64,000 nucleotides of DNA from Candidatus Magasanikbacteria bacterium RIFCSPHIGHO2_02_FULL_48_18 (GCA_001784285.1 MFQC01000011.1:67640-131639); one strand, 5' to 3'; shown: positions 19,478 through 28,966, numbered from the stretch's first letter. A program made the numbers and translations. The notes: generated by a model from the letters alone, not told the origin.

Positions 19478-20797
19478 TCAATTGGATTGTGTATCTTCAT
19501 ACCGATAAAGAAAAATATTGACAATTTTGTATACCAAAAAAAGCACGAATGACACCAAGACGGTTGCGATGACAGAGCCGGTCACCCCATACCATGTGGA
19601 AAAAGCATACATGCACGCAACGTTGATTGCCCCGATACAAAATGTTATAGCCGTGGTAAACACGATTCCTTTTTTTCCTTCCGCGGCGACAATCCAAATA
19701 TCAATGAGATAAAACAAATTCAATATTGCGGCGAGACTAAACAAAAGAAGCCAATCCCATCGAAAAAGATACTCTTTCCCGAAAAGATAAAGAAAAAAAT
19801 AACCAAAAGCAACAATGCCGCCAAACAGCGGTACTGCCAAAACTTTGTTGAGTGTATTTATTTTTCGCACAATGTCTCGTTTTTTGGGCATGCGAGAAAC
19901 CATGGGGAAAAAAACATTATTAAATATGGTCAAAAATTGAGAGGCGAAGGTAAATGTCGCGGTATAATACGCCATGTACAACCCAACGGAAGATGCGCCA
20001 ACCGCATACGATACAATAATCCGATTGATATTTAAAAACAAAAAACCGGCAACACCGCCCAATGCCGCAAAAAAAGAATAAAAAATAATTTTTTTCAAAA
20101 TGCGAAAAGAAAAACGGCCAAAGGAAGAAAAAAAGGGAAAAAAAACCAAAAGACAAAATACCGCCAAACCGATGCTCAGACTTATGCTATACACAAAAAA
20201 AGAACGTATGTGAAAGAAAAAAAGGGAAAAAGTAATTACAGAAAATACCACTATGGCCTCACCGACGCGAGCGACAAGTTGTAATGTAAACCGGCGAAAA
20301 CCGCGTGTAAAGCCGTCAAAGACATTTTTCAACGCAAGCGGGATGGCATAGACAAAACCAAAAAAGAGAATTAACGGATCCACCTGAAGAAATACCGAGA
20401 GCGGCCGATAAAAAAAGAAAAAAAGAACACACACAGGCACAAGAGAGGCCAACGTGCTCGTCAATACAACGGTCATGATGCGCCCTTTTTCTTTTTCATC
20501 CCCTTCGTTTGCGATATATCGCACTGCCGCGGTATTAAAGCCGGGCGCCATCAAAAAAAGAAACAGATACCCGTAGCTCACAGCCAATCCTGCCTTGCCA
20601 TATTCGGCAGGACCGAGCATCCTCCCCATAAGAATACTCGTTCCAAACAAAAAAATGCCCGCAAGTCCGTTGCCGAGCGCAGACACAAAAATATCTTTGA
20701 AAAAAACAATTTTTGTCTCCCCTACTCTTTTTTTAAAGATGAAAAAATAGAAAAAATCAAGAAACCCAATCATTTTTTTTTCAAGAGAACGGAGCAT
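19478..20797 (-). CDS. MOP-superfamily polysaccharide flippase (Wzx / MATE-like)
   Basis: 440 aa with about 12-14 TM helices, typical oligosaccharide flippase architecture; alternative starts at 20773 and 20833 (TTG). Confidence 0.7.
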   Translation of the reverse strand: MLRSLEKKMIGFLDFFYFFIFKKRVGETKIVFFKDIFVSALGNGLAGIFLFGTSILMGRMLGPAEYGKAGLAVSYGYLFLFLMAPGFNTAAVRYIANEGDEKEKGRIMTVVLTSTLASLVPVCVLFFFFYRPLSVFLQVDPLILFFGFVYAIPLALKNVFDGFTRGFRRFTLQLVARVGEAIVVFSVITFSLFFFHIRSFFVYSISLSIGLAVFCLLVFFPFFSSFGRFSFRILKKIIFYSFFAALGGVAGFLFLNINRIIVSYAVGASSVGLYMAYYTATFTFASQFLTIFNNVFFPMVSRMPKKRDIVRKINTLNKVLAVPLFGGIVAFGYFFLYLFGKEYLFRWDWLLLFSLAAILNLFYLIDIWIVAAEGKKGIVFTTAITFCIGAINVACMYAFSTWYGVTGSVIATVLVSFVLFLVYKIVNIFLYRYEDTQSN

Positions 20798-20854
20798 ACC
20801 ACAACGCCATTTTGATTGAGAAGAGATGAACAAATACGCTTATCCACACGGTAT

Positions 20855-20970
20855 CCGCATGGAGCCCCACCCCGCTCAGCGGGGTGGTACCAGTTGTCAC
20901 CGCCCGGTGGGGCGGAATCCGCCTACCCACCAACTCCACGGCTAAAGCCGTGGTATCATTTGGCGGATGG
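20855..20970. repeat. copy 1 of a ~115-nt multi-hairpin repeated element (candidate small RNA or cis-regulatory leader)
   Basis: about 85% identical to 34160..34275 in the same orientation; hairpins CCACCCCGC/GCGGGGTGG, CCGCCC/GGGCGG, CCACGG(C)/(G)CCGTGG and outer TCCGCC/GGCGGA; differences between copies fall in loops or are compensatory. Confidence 0.5.
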
Positions 20971-20982
20971 AAAAGCACAAAA

Positions 20983-21792
20983 TTATATTTTTTTTCTTTG
21001 AAAGAGAAACCAATTGTTTGCGAGGCCGCTCGCGGATTTGATATTCACCAATTGAAAATCAGGAAAATGAGACCGCATAAATGTAAAGACTTCTTCGACG
21101 TTTGCATACTCGTATGGATACCCCCCCAACCAGTCGGTGACATCTCTCCGCCAGCTCATCCCGCGCTTTTTTTTGTACGTCATAATTTGTTTGATATAGG
21201 TTCCCAGACGAAAAAAATTCAATAGAAAACACAGGACAATATAGCCCGGTTCAATAACATATTTTCCAAAAAACGGATGCTTGTTGTAAAACTTTTTTAC
21301 ACCAAGCCAAAATCGGGAGCCCAAAACCCCGCCAATATTGTTGTACAAGGCAATGTAAAAAAAACCGCCCTCATTGACGAGATGCGCCGCGTTTTCTATA
21401 GCCTGCCACATATTGCCCGTATGATGAAGCACGCCCCACGAATAGACCAGATCAAACGTCCCAAGCGGGGAAAGAAAGGTCTTGTCCAATACCGACCCAT
21501 GGCACACGGTCCAATTGGACGGATTTCCTGCCTTCTGCTTCATATATTCGCCGCACTTCACTGAAAATGGGTCCACATCAAAACTGACAATCTCCTTTGC
21601 GCGCATCTGAAACATGACATATGAAAAAATACCGGATCCGCACCCAATATCCAATACGCGCTTGTCTTGAAAATGATCTACCCCCATAAAATTTTTTATG
21701 GAAGACGCCGCAATGGATATTTTTTCATCGGTCAATGTCTTGAGAAAGTGTTCCCAATTTTTTCCAAATGAAAATGTAATTTTGTCTGTCAT
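20983..21792 (-). CDS. class I SAM-dependent methyltransferase
   Basis: VLDIGCGSGIFS motif I; LVYSWGVLHH; 269 aa. Confidence 0.7.
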   Translation of the reverse strand: MTDKITFSFGKNWEHFLKTLTDEKISIAASSIKNFMGVDHFQDKRVLDIGCGSGIFSYVMFQMRAKEIVSFDVDPFSVKCGEYMKQKAGNPSNWTVCHGSVLDKTFLSPLGTFDLVYSWGVLHHTGNMWQAIENAAHLVNEGGFFYIALYNNIGGVLGSRFWLGVKKFYNKHPFFGKYVIEPGYIVLCFLLNFFRLGTYIKQIMTYKKKRGMSWRRDVTDWLGGYPYEYANVEEVFTFMRSHFPDFQLVNIKSASGLANNWFLFQRKKI

Positions 21793-21811
21793 ACACGAAT
21801 ATCAAAAAAAA

Positions 21812-22981
21812 TTATAATTCATTCTTCAATACTGCCCCGTGCTCCTCCCACGAAAAAGACTGCACAAAATTGGCAATCTCTGCGCCGGCGAGGGCGTGGC
21901 CGCGCTCATTCCAATGCCCATCAGAAAGCAAGTGCAATTCTTGGCCTGTTTTTTCGAAGGTATCTTTAAAAATAGGAAGAAGATCAAGATACGGAATATT
22001 ATTTTTTTGGGTCAATTCGCTCAGCATGGCGCTTGGTTTTTCAAAATCCCAACATTTTTTTTCCATGGCAGGATATTGTTCTTTCATAGCATGCAACGCT
22101 TCATCCCCATGAATCTGCGCGTAACTTGTCCCATGAACCAATACAAAATCCGCCCCCAGCTGAGCAACCTCATCATGCATCGCGCGAAGCAATTGTGTTG
22201 TGACATCCCATGCGGCGGCCCACTCATCGGAAAGCGCACACTCATAGACAAAATAATCCGTGGGAATATCCCCACGCACCAGATGCGATTGAAATATGGG
22301 AAGCTTTTTTGAATGCAAAATCACAAAGCGGTATAGATGAGAAACACGAAGAAAAAATTGATTGGCTCTGCGCCACAAATTTTCCGGAGGGGTTTCCGGA
22401 GGGACCATCTGCAGGCCGTTGGCATCGGAAATAAAATATGGCTTGTGCCTTTCTCCCTCCAGCGCAAACGCATTATTGCGCACATCATTTGCAGAGGTAA
22501 AGAGCACAATAACCACATCCGGTGAAAACTCCTTTACCACGTTTGACCATAACAGATACTCCTGAGCTGTTCCATACCCGCTCACTCCGAAGGAAAGCAC
22601 GTCATACGTTTGTGTCGGGTCATCTTCCTGGAGCGCCTCTTCGAGCACAGAAGAAAACATGGCCTCAGGAGAAACTTGAAATGCTTCCACATAGGAATCT
22701 CCCAAAACCGCGATCCGCCTAACTCCAGCGGGTTTCTCTCGCGGCGCATCCCACCCTCGAAAACCAAACTGATTTATCCGTATGGGAATAGTATTATTTT
22801 CTGCTCTCCATACCCCTTCTCGAAGAGGAATAAGGCGACTTCCGAGCGTTGGATCGTGCTCATAAAAATGGCCGCTCTGAGGAATACCAATGCGGAAAAT
22901 TACTTCAAGAACAAGCAAAAACAAAAAAAAACTCCCCAGGCTAACCATTGTATTTTGCACAAAAACTCGTCCGCGCATCAT
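21812..22981 (-). CDS. membrane-anchored SGNH/GDSL-family hydrolase (candidate glycan O-acetyl esterase/transferase, AlgJ/X-like)
   Basis: N-terminal signal-anchor helix, VLGDSY block, SDGHWNERGH C-terminal block (SGNH catalytic His region). Confidence 0.5.
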   Translation of the reverse strand: MMRGRVFVQNTMVSLGSFFLFLLVLEVIFRIGIPQSGHFYEHDPTLGSRLIPLREGVWRAENNTIPIRINQFGFRGWDAPREKPAGVRRIAVLGDSYVEAFQVSPEAMFSSVLEEALQEDDPTQTYDVLSFGVSGYGTAQEYLLWSNVVKEFSPDVVIVLFTSANDVRNNAFALEGERHKPYFISDANGLQMVPPETPPENLWRRANQFFLRVSHLYRFVILHSKKLPIFQSHLVRGDIPTDYFVYECALSDEWAAAWDVTTQLLRAMHDEVAQLGADFVLVHGTSYAQIHGDEALHAMKEQYPAMEKKCWDFEKPSAMLSELTQKNNIPYLDLLPIFKDTFEKTGQELHLLSDGHWNERGHALAGAEIANFVQSFSWEEHGAVLKNEL

Positions 22982-23016
22982 ACGATATAAAAGTATACCT
23001 TTTCCAGATCCACGGG

Positions 23017-23961
23017 TCAATCCATCACGACATGTCGAAAGTAGGAGACCGTCTTCTCCAGTCCTTCTCGCAATGGCACCCTCGGCTCCCATCCAAAATA
23101 CTCCTTTGCCAACCCAATATCCGGCTTCCGTCGTTTTGGATCATCCTCAGGAAGCGGCTTGGAGACAATCGTACTCGTACTTTCCGGAATCAAAGACAAA
23201 ATCGTTTGTGCAAGCTGCGTCATAGAAAATTCTTCCGGATTGCCGATATTCACCGGCCCAATAAAATTGTCTGTATTATTCATCATGCGAATCATTCCTT
23301 CAACCAGGTCATCCACATATTGAAAACTCCTGGTTTGCGATCCGTCACCATAAATGGTAATTGGTTCGTTTTTCAACGCCTGCACAATAAAATTGGATAC
23401 GACCCTACCATCGTTTGGGTGCATGTTTGGTCCATAGGTATTAAAAATGCGAACAATACGAATGGGAACGTTATGCTGCCGGTGATAATCGACACACAGT
23501 GATTCGGCGCATCGTTTGCCCTCATCATAACACGAACGAATGCCGACCGGATTCACATTGCCCCAGTAGGTTTCTTTTTGAGGATGTTCCAGCGGGTCGC
23601 CATAGACTTCTGAGGTCGAAGCCTGCAAAAGGCAGGCATTCGTCTTTTTGGCCAACCCCAGCATATTGAGCGTGCCGATGACATTGGTTTTAATGGTTTT
23701 GACCGGGTTATATTGATAATGAATCGGAGACGCCGGACAAGCTAAATGGTATATTTGTTCAACTTCCGCCGAAAAATGAGTTGTGATGTCATGTTCAATA
23801 AGTTCAAAACGGCTATGTGCTTCCAAATCGGCAATATTTTCTCTTTTGCCCGTAAAAAAATTGTCGACACATAATACATGATGGCCGTCAAGAACCAAAC
23901 GATGGCACAGATGAGAACCAATAAATCCGGCCCCGCCCGTAACCAAAATGCGTTTTGACAT
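23017..23961 (-). CDS. UDP-glucuronate decarboxylase (UDP-xylose synthase), NAD-dependent epimerase/dehydratase family
   Basis: [29 protein letters not shown], near-collinear with UXS/ArnA C-terminal domain enzymes. Confidence 0.85.
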   Translation of the reverse strand: MSKRILVTGGAGFIGSHLCHRLVLDGHHVLCVDNFFTGKRENIADLEAHSRFELIEHDITTHFSAEVEQIYHLACPASPIHYQYNPVKTIKTNVIGTLNMLGLAKKTNACLLQASTSEVYGDPLEHPQKETYWGNVNPVGIRSCYDEGKRCAESLCVDYHRQHNVPIRIVRIFNTYGPNMHPNDGRVVSNFIVQALKNEPITIYGDGSQTRSFQYVDDLVEGMIRMMNNTDNFIGPVNIGNPEEFSMTQLAQTILSLIPESTSTIVSKPLPEDDPKRRKPDIGLAKEYFGWEPRVPLREGLEKTVSYFRHVVMD

Positions 23962-23973
23962 ACATTGCAATAA

Positions 23974-24960
23974 TCAATACTCTTCTTTTTCTGTTTCAAA
24001 GTTTATTTTTTGCTTTATGACATAGAGCGGCCTATTGGCCACTTCGTGATGAATTTGTCCAATATAGAGGGCAATAAACCCAAGACAGCTCAATACAATG
24101 CCGATTAAAAACATATTGAGGACAGCAAGCTGTGCCGTACCCGTAAAATCAAGCGACCAGCGGTGAAAAAGATACTGGGTCGCAAAAATAAATATGCCCA
24201 AAAGCCCGGAAAATACCGTGATGCCCATGCCAAGATACCCGGCGATTTTTAACGGAAACAAACTGTAGGCGGCAAACGTATCCATTGCCAAACTCCATCG
24301 TTTTTTGCCTGCGTATGTCGCTTTCCCAATTTTTCTCCCCGGATTGATAAACGGAACATACACGGTTGGAAATCCAAGCCAATCAATAAGGCCACGGGTC
24401 ATGCGGTCGTGCTCGGTGAATTTCTTGAATTCAAGAACGACCGCCCGGTCGAGCAGGCGAAAATCCGTGGCATTCGGAACAAACTCGCCGGATCGATCCG
24501 CAATGCGGGCCATCAGCGAATAAAAAATCCACGAACTGAAACGGGTAAAAAATGGCCGCTCATTTTTGTTCTCCCGCACGCCAACCACAATTTTTGCTCC
24601 ACTTCTCCAATGATCCAAAAAAGAAGGAATATATTCCGGCGGATGCTCAAAATCCGCGTCCATGACGAGACACGCGTCGCCTGAGGCGGCGATAATGCCA
24701 GCGGTGGTTGCCATTTCTTTTCCAAAATTTCGGGTAAAGGTTATCACGCGAACATTCGGATCACGGGTTGCCAATCGAGACAGTATTTCGGGCGAACGAT
24801 CGGTGCTTCCGTCATCCACAAAAATAAACTCAGGTGCGATGTGCTCCAATGGCGCTAGCGTAACCGACGCCACGACCTGTATGATCCGATCATACAAATT
24901 TTCAATGGCATGTTCTTCATTGAAAACCGGAATAATGAGAGAAACAACGGGTCTCGGCAT
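23974..24960 (-). CDS. ArnC/GtrB/DPM1-like GT2 polyprenyl-phosphate glycosyltransferase with two C-terminal TM helices
   Basis: VSLIIPVFNEE...FVDDGSTDRS...VMDADFEHPP plus a C-terminal hydrophobic pair (LFPLKIAGYLGMGITVF... / MFLIGIVLSCLGFIALYIG). Confidence 0.8.
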   Translation of the reverse strand: MPRPVVSLIIPVFNEEHAIENLYDRIIQVVASVTLAPLEHIAPEFIFVDDGSTDRSPEILSRLATRDPNVRVITFTRNFGKEMATTAGIIAASGDACLVMDADFEHPPEYIPSFLDHWRSGAKIVVGVRENKNERPFFTRFSSWIFYSLMARIADRSGEFVPNATDFRLLDRAVVLEFKKFTEHDRMTRGLIDWLGFPTVYVPFINPGRKIGKATYAGKKRWSLAMDTFAAYSLFPLKIAGYLGMGITVFSGLLGIFIFATQYLFHRWSLDFTGTAQLAVLNMFLIGIVLSCLGFIALYIGQIHHEVANRPLYVIKQKINFETEKEEY

Positions 24961-25002
24961 ATGGTATGTTGCCAGTGGCAAAACTATGGAGAGCGGCTTT
25001 AC

Positions 25003-25038
25003 TTCTTCCCGGCTACTATTTCTTCCCAGCTACTATTT
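25003..25038. repeat. 16-17-bp imperfect tandem duplication (cttcccRgctactattt x2) spanning the fusA stop codon
   Basis: on the minus strand ...ATAGTAGCTGGGAAGAAA|TAGTAGCCGGGAAGAAG; the second unit supplies the TAG stop of fusA. Confidence 0.5.
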
Positions 25039-27091
25039 CAGCCTCGACATTCTTTGGGACTTCTGCATAATGGCTGAATTCCATGCTGGAGCTGGCGCGT
25101 CCTTGGGTAATGGATCGCAAATTCGTAACATACCCAAACATTTCCGCGAGTGGAACCAGAGCGCGCACCACTTTCACCTGGCCACGATCGGTCATTTCTT
25201 GAATCTGTCCGCGTTTGGAACTAAGGTCCCCGACCACATCTCCCATGTGCTGTTCCGGGGTCGTGACTTCGATTTTCATGATTGGCTCAAGGATAACCGG
25301 CTGGGCTTTTTTTACCGCGGCCTGGAATGCGATGCTTCCGGCCATTTTAAACGCAATTTCCGAGGAGTCAACTTCATGATAACTCCCGTCATAGACCGTG
25401 GCTTTGACGTCAACGATCGGGTATCCGGCCACGACTCCTTTATCAATGGCTTCCTTCACTCCTTTTTGGATGGCAGGGATATATTCCCTCGGAATAATAC
25501 CTCCTTTGATCACATCCACAAATTCAAAGCCTTCGCCGCGCTCGCGCGGCTCAATCTTAATCCAGCAATGCCCGTACTGTCCGCGACCGCCCGATTGTTT
25601 GATATATTTTCCTTCAGCCTCAGCCGTGGTTTTAATGGTTTCTTTGTATGCCACCTGGGGGGCGCCGACATTTGCCCCAACGCCAAACTCTCGTTTCATG
25701 CGGTCAACCAAAATATCAAGGTGCAACTCCCCCATTCCGGAAATAATGGTTTGAAGGGTTTCTTCATCGGTATGAATTTTGAAGGAGGGGTCCTCATCGG
25801 CAAGTTTTTGGAGTGCCATGCCCATTTTTTCTTGGTCTGCTTTTGTCTTGGGTTCAATGGCAACGGAAATAACCGGCTCAGGAAATGTAATTTTTTCCAA
25901 CACAACCGGCCGATCTTCAAAACAAAGCGTGTCACCGGTTTTGACATTTTTCAATCCAATCGCGGCCGCGATATCGCCGGAATGCACTTCGTTGATTTCT
26001 TCGCGTGTATTGGCATGCAAGCGCACCAATCGGCCAATGCGTTCTTTTTCACCGGTCGTGGTATTCAATACGTAACTCCCTGCGTTCAATGTGCCCGCAT
26101 AGACACGAATAAAAATCAGGCGTCCGACGTAAGGGTCGCTTGCCACTTTAAACGCAAATGCAGAAAGCGGCGATGCGTCATCCGGAACAATTTCAATCTT
26201 TTTTTCTTCGTCATCGGGATCGGTGCCAATGACCGGAGGCAAATCAAGCGGAGAAGGCAAATATGCCACCACCCCGTCCAATACGAACTGCACTCCGATG
26301 TTGCCAAGGGCCGATCCGCAAAAGACAGGGTAACAGCCATCTCGAATAACCATGGAGCGAATGCCATGTTTTATTTCAGGGATCGAAAGTTCTTGACCGC
26401 CAAGATATTTGTCCATGAGTTCTTCGCTCGCTTCGGCCACTTTTTCGAGGAGGGTCGCGCGATATGCCGCAACCGATTCTTTCATATCGTCGGGAATAGG
26501 CATCTCGACCACGTTTATGCCGTGGTCGCCTTCAAACCGATACGCTTTCTGTTCAATAAGGTCGATAATCCCGGAAAAAGAAGATTCCGCGCCAATCGGC
26601 AATTGCACCGCAAACGCCTTATTGGACAATCGCTCCTGAATGGACGCGAGGCTCATAAAAAAATCCGCCCCCATTTTGTCCATTTTGTTGACAAAGCAGA
26701 TGCGCGGCACATGGTATTTGTCGGCCTGCCGCCATACGGTCTCGGACTGCGGCTCCACTCCTTGAGAGCCATCAAACACCGCGACCGCGCCGTCGAGAAC
26801 GCGCAACGAGCGCTCAACTTCCACGGTAAAGTCAACGTGCCCGGGCGTATCGATGATATTGATGAGATGGTCTTTCCAAAAACATGTGGTGGCGGCGCTC
26901 GTAATGGTGATGCCTCGCTCTTTTTCCTGCGCCATCCAGTCCATTTCTGCGGCGCCTTCGTGCACTTCTCCAATTTTATGTTTTTTTCCTGTATAAAAAA
27001 GGACGCGTTCGGTGGTAGTGGTTTTCCCCGCGTCAATATGGGCCATAATTCCGATGTTCCGAGTTTTTTCAAGGGTATATTCTCTAGGCAT
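25016..27091 (-). CDS. fusA: translation elongation factor G
   Basis: [13 protein letters not shown]1 motif, DTPGHVDF, 691 aa collinear with EF-G. Confidence 0.95.
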   Translation of the reverse strand: MPREYTLEKTRNIGIMAHIDAGKTTTTERVLFYTGKKHKIGEVHEGAAEMDWMAQEKERGITITSAATTCFWKDHLINIIDTPGHVDFTVEVERSLRVLDGAVAVFDGSQGVEPQSETVWRQADKYHVPRICFVNKMDKMGADFFMSLASIQERLSNKAFAVQLPIGAESSFSGIIDLIEQKAYRFEGDHGINVVEMPIPDDMKESVAAYRATLLEKVAEASEELMDKYLGGQELSIPEIKHGIRSMVIRDGCYPVFCGSALGNIGVQFVLDGVVAYLPSPLDLPPVIGTDPDDEEKKIEIVPDDASPLSAFAFKVASDPYVGRLIFIRVYAGTLNAGSYVLNTTTGEKERIGRLVRLHANTREEINEVHSGDIAAAIGLKNVKTGDTLCFEDRPVVLEKITFPEPVISVAIEPKTKADQEKMGMALQKLADEDPSFKIHTDEETLQTIISGMGELHLDILVDRMKREFGVGANVGAPQVAYKETIKTTAEAEGKYIKQSGGRGQYGHCWIKIEPRERGEGFEFVDVIKGGIIPREYIPAIQKGVKEAIDKGVVAGYPIVDVKATVYDGSYHEVDSSEIAFKMAGSIAFQAAVKKAQPVILEPIMKIEVTTPEQHMGDVVGDLSSKRGQIQEMTDRGQVKVVRALVPLAEMFGYVTNLRSITQGRASSSMEFSHYAEVPKNVEAEIVAGKK

Positions 27092-27094
27092 ATA

Positions 27095-27589
27095 TCATGA
27101 TTTCTTTTTGGTTGATCGAAAACGAGCAAAGTGAGCGAACGCGCGGTTTGCTTCGGCCATGCGGTTCACGTCCTCTTTCTTTTTCATGGCCGCGCCAACG
27201 CCATCAAGAATGTCTGACAGCTCGGACGCCAGCCGGTCAACCATGGATTTGCCTTTTCGTGTTCGCGCGGCGGCAGTAAGCCAGCGAAACGCGAGTGCGT
27301 TTTGGCGGCCCGGCGGAACAGGCATCGGCACCTGGTAATTTGCGCCCCCAACCCGTCGAGACCGCACCTCGACTGAGGGTTTCAATTTTTCAACCGCTTC
27401 TTCAAACAATTTCAATGGCGGTTCTTTTCTTTTTTCTTCCAAAAGAGAAAGCGCCCCGTACACAATTTTTTGAGCAACGGTTTTCTTGCCTCGTTCCATC
27501 ACAAAATTGATAAATTTTGCGATGATCTCACTGTGATATAACGGATCCGGTTCAATAACCCGTCGTGGTGCGGATTTGCCTCGTGACAT
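27095..27589 (-). CDS. rpsG: 30S ribosomal protein S7
   Basis: MSRGKSAPRR...; S7 family length and sequence; 3 nt upstream of fusA. Confidence 0.9.
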   Translation of the reverse strand: MSRGKSAPRRVIEPDPLYHSEIIAKFINFVMERGKKTVAQKIVYGALSLLEEKRKEPPLKLFEEAVEKLKPSVEVRSRRVGGANYQVPMPVPPGRQNALAFRWLTAAARTRKGKSMVDRLASELSDILDGVGAAMKKKEDVNRMAEANRAFAHFARFRSTKKKS

Positions 27590-27609
27590 ACGCAAAAAAA
27601 ATTAACAAA

Positions 27610-28029
27610 TTATTTCTTTGGCCGCTTGGCCCCGTATTTGCTTCGACCGCGTTTGCGATCCTTCACACCTTGTGTGTCGTACACGCCACGAACAATGTGG
27701 TATCGCACGCCCGGAAGGTCTTTCACACGGCCGCCGCGAATAAGCACAATGGAGTGTTCTTGCAAATTGTGGCCTTCGCCCGGAATATACGCAATCACTT
27801 CCATACCATTCGAAAGGCGCACCTTCGCGACTTTTCGAAGCGCGGAGTTTGGTTTCTTTGGGGTTGCGGTATACACTTTGGTACACACTCCGCGTTTAAA
27901 TGGTGCTCCACGACGCAAGTCTGTTTTTTTGCGGTGCAAGCTGTCGTACGTGAACTGCAAGGCCGGAGATTTCGACTTTTCAACCTTGGATGTTCGTCCT
28001 TTTTTGAGAATTTGGTTCATCGTAGGCAT
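27610..28029 (-). CDS. rpsL: 30S ribosomal protein S12
   Basis: [12 protein letters not shown]...[15 protein letters not shown]...[17 protein letters not shown]; 139 aa. Confidence 0.92.
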   Translation of the reverse strand: MPTMNQILKKGRTSKVEKSKSPALQFTYDSLHRKKTDLRRGAPFKRGVCTKVYTATPKKPNSALRKVAKVRLSNGMEVIAYIPGEGHNLQEHSIVLIRGGRVKDLPGVRYHIVRGVYDTQGVKDRKRGRSKYGAKRPKK

Positions 28030-28177
28030 ACGGATGATGTGGATAAAAAAACTAAATATAAAAAAATCGAACGAATCGTTCGATTGAGTGCTTTCTTGCG
28101 AGAGACAAAATCGAACGGCGCGCAAACGCTCTTCTCCCGCCATACGACGGGATACTCCGTTCTGTACATGATAGTGT

Positions 28178-28212
28178 GGCAATACTATACCGGAAGAGAA
28201 AAAAGATGTCAA
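28178..28212 (-). promoter_or_regulatory. sigma70-type promoter of the rpsL-rpsG-fusA (str) operon
   Basis: minus strand TTGACA (28212..28207), 17-nt spacer, TATAGT (28189..28184), i.e. consensus -35 and near-consensus -10; about 150 nt upstream of the rpsL ATG. Confidence 0.55.
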
Positions 28213-28236
28213 GTGATAGGCGCTGAACAGCGGCCG

Positions 28237-28833
28237 TCAAAATCCCATAAACACCCCATTCAAAAAACTGATAACCGGTCTCAAAATTGGAAAAAAGAAA
28301 AAGATAAAAAGGATGAGCAAGATAAACCCGTATCGCTCAAGCGTTATCTTCAGATTGCGCAGTGAGTCTGGGAAAATCGCAAACAACACTTTTGACCCAT
28401 CAAGCGGTGGAATGGGGACTAAATTGAATACGCCAAGGAGCACGTTCGCCTGGACGATAATGGAGAAAAAAGCAGTTAATGATCCTACGGGATACAAGCG
28501 GACCAGCAAACCAAAAACCGCCGCGAGAACAAAGTTGGACAACGGCCCGGCAATAGCGACCAATGCCGGCCCTTTGGTTTGATCGCGCAAATTGTATGGA
28601 TTGTACGGCACCGGTTTTGCATACGCAAAAAGCATGCCCGTCGGGATAAGAAGAAGCGGCAATAAGACGGATCCAAAAAGATCAATATGCGCCAGCGGAT
28701 TTAAGGTGAGACGGCCTGCATACCGTGCGGTGGGATCGCCCAGCTGGTCTGCAACCCATCCATGCGAATATTCATGGATAATCGCAGAAAAAATGATAAT
28801 AACGATGAAAAAAATCATGGAAAAACCATCCAT
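28237..28833 (-). CDS. site-2 protease / peptidase M50 family membrane metalloprotease
   Basis: HEYSHG (HExxH) in TM1, LNPLAHIDLFGS, multiple TM helices. Confidence 0.7.
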   Translation of the reverse strand: MDGFSMIFFIVIIIFSAIIHEYSHGWVADQLGDPTARYAGRLTLNPLAHIDLFGSVLLPLLLIPTGMLFAYAKPVPYNPYNLRDQTKGPALVAIAGPLSNFVLAAVFGLLVRLYPVGSLTAFFSIIVQANVLLGVFNLVPIPPLDGSKVLFAIFPDSLRNLKITLERYGFILLILFIFFFFPILRPVISFLNGVFMGF

Positions 28834-28838
28834 ATAAT

Positions 28839-28867
28839 TTGACAAAAAAATATTTTTCCTTTATACT
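28839..28867 (+). promoter_or_regulatory. candidate sigma70-type promoter for rpmB
   Basis: TTGACA (28839..28844), 17-nt spacer, TATACT (28862..28867); divergent from the M50 protease gene. Confidence 0.45.
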
Positions 28868-28966
28868 TGTTTCGACGTTGTTTGGTCTTTGGCCGCCTAT
28901 GCCAGTATATCTGCCCCTCAGCAATTGGTCAAAGAAAAACAGACTTTCACTTATTTGTTTTTTACT

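Noticed and set aside
20781-20978. minus-strand ORFs MLFHPPNDTTALAVELVG... (20781..20978) and its counterpart MFHPPNDTTVSAVESVG... (33913..34278)
   Set aside because: They are simply translations of the repeated structured element. They are similar only because the DNA is repeated, have no start context, and the second is an artefactual N-terminal extension of the small zinc-ribbon gene.
24662-27100. 812-aa plus-strand ORF antisense to fusA
   Set aside because: It lies entirely within the confidently identified EF-G gene on the opposite strand and has low-complexity composition. Long antisense ORFs opposite highly expressed genes are a known codon-bias artefact.
27565-28365. 266-aa plus-strand ORF antisense to rpsL and its promoter region
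   Set aside because: It overlaps the S12 gene and the str promoter on the opposite strand and has no motifs.
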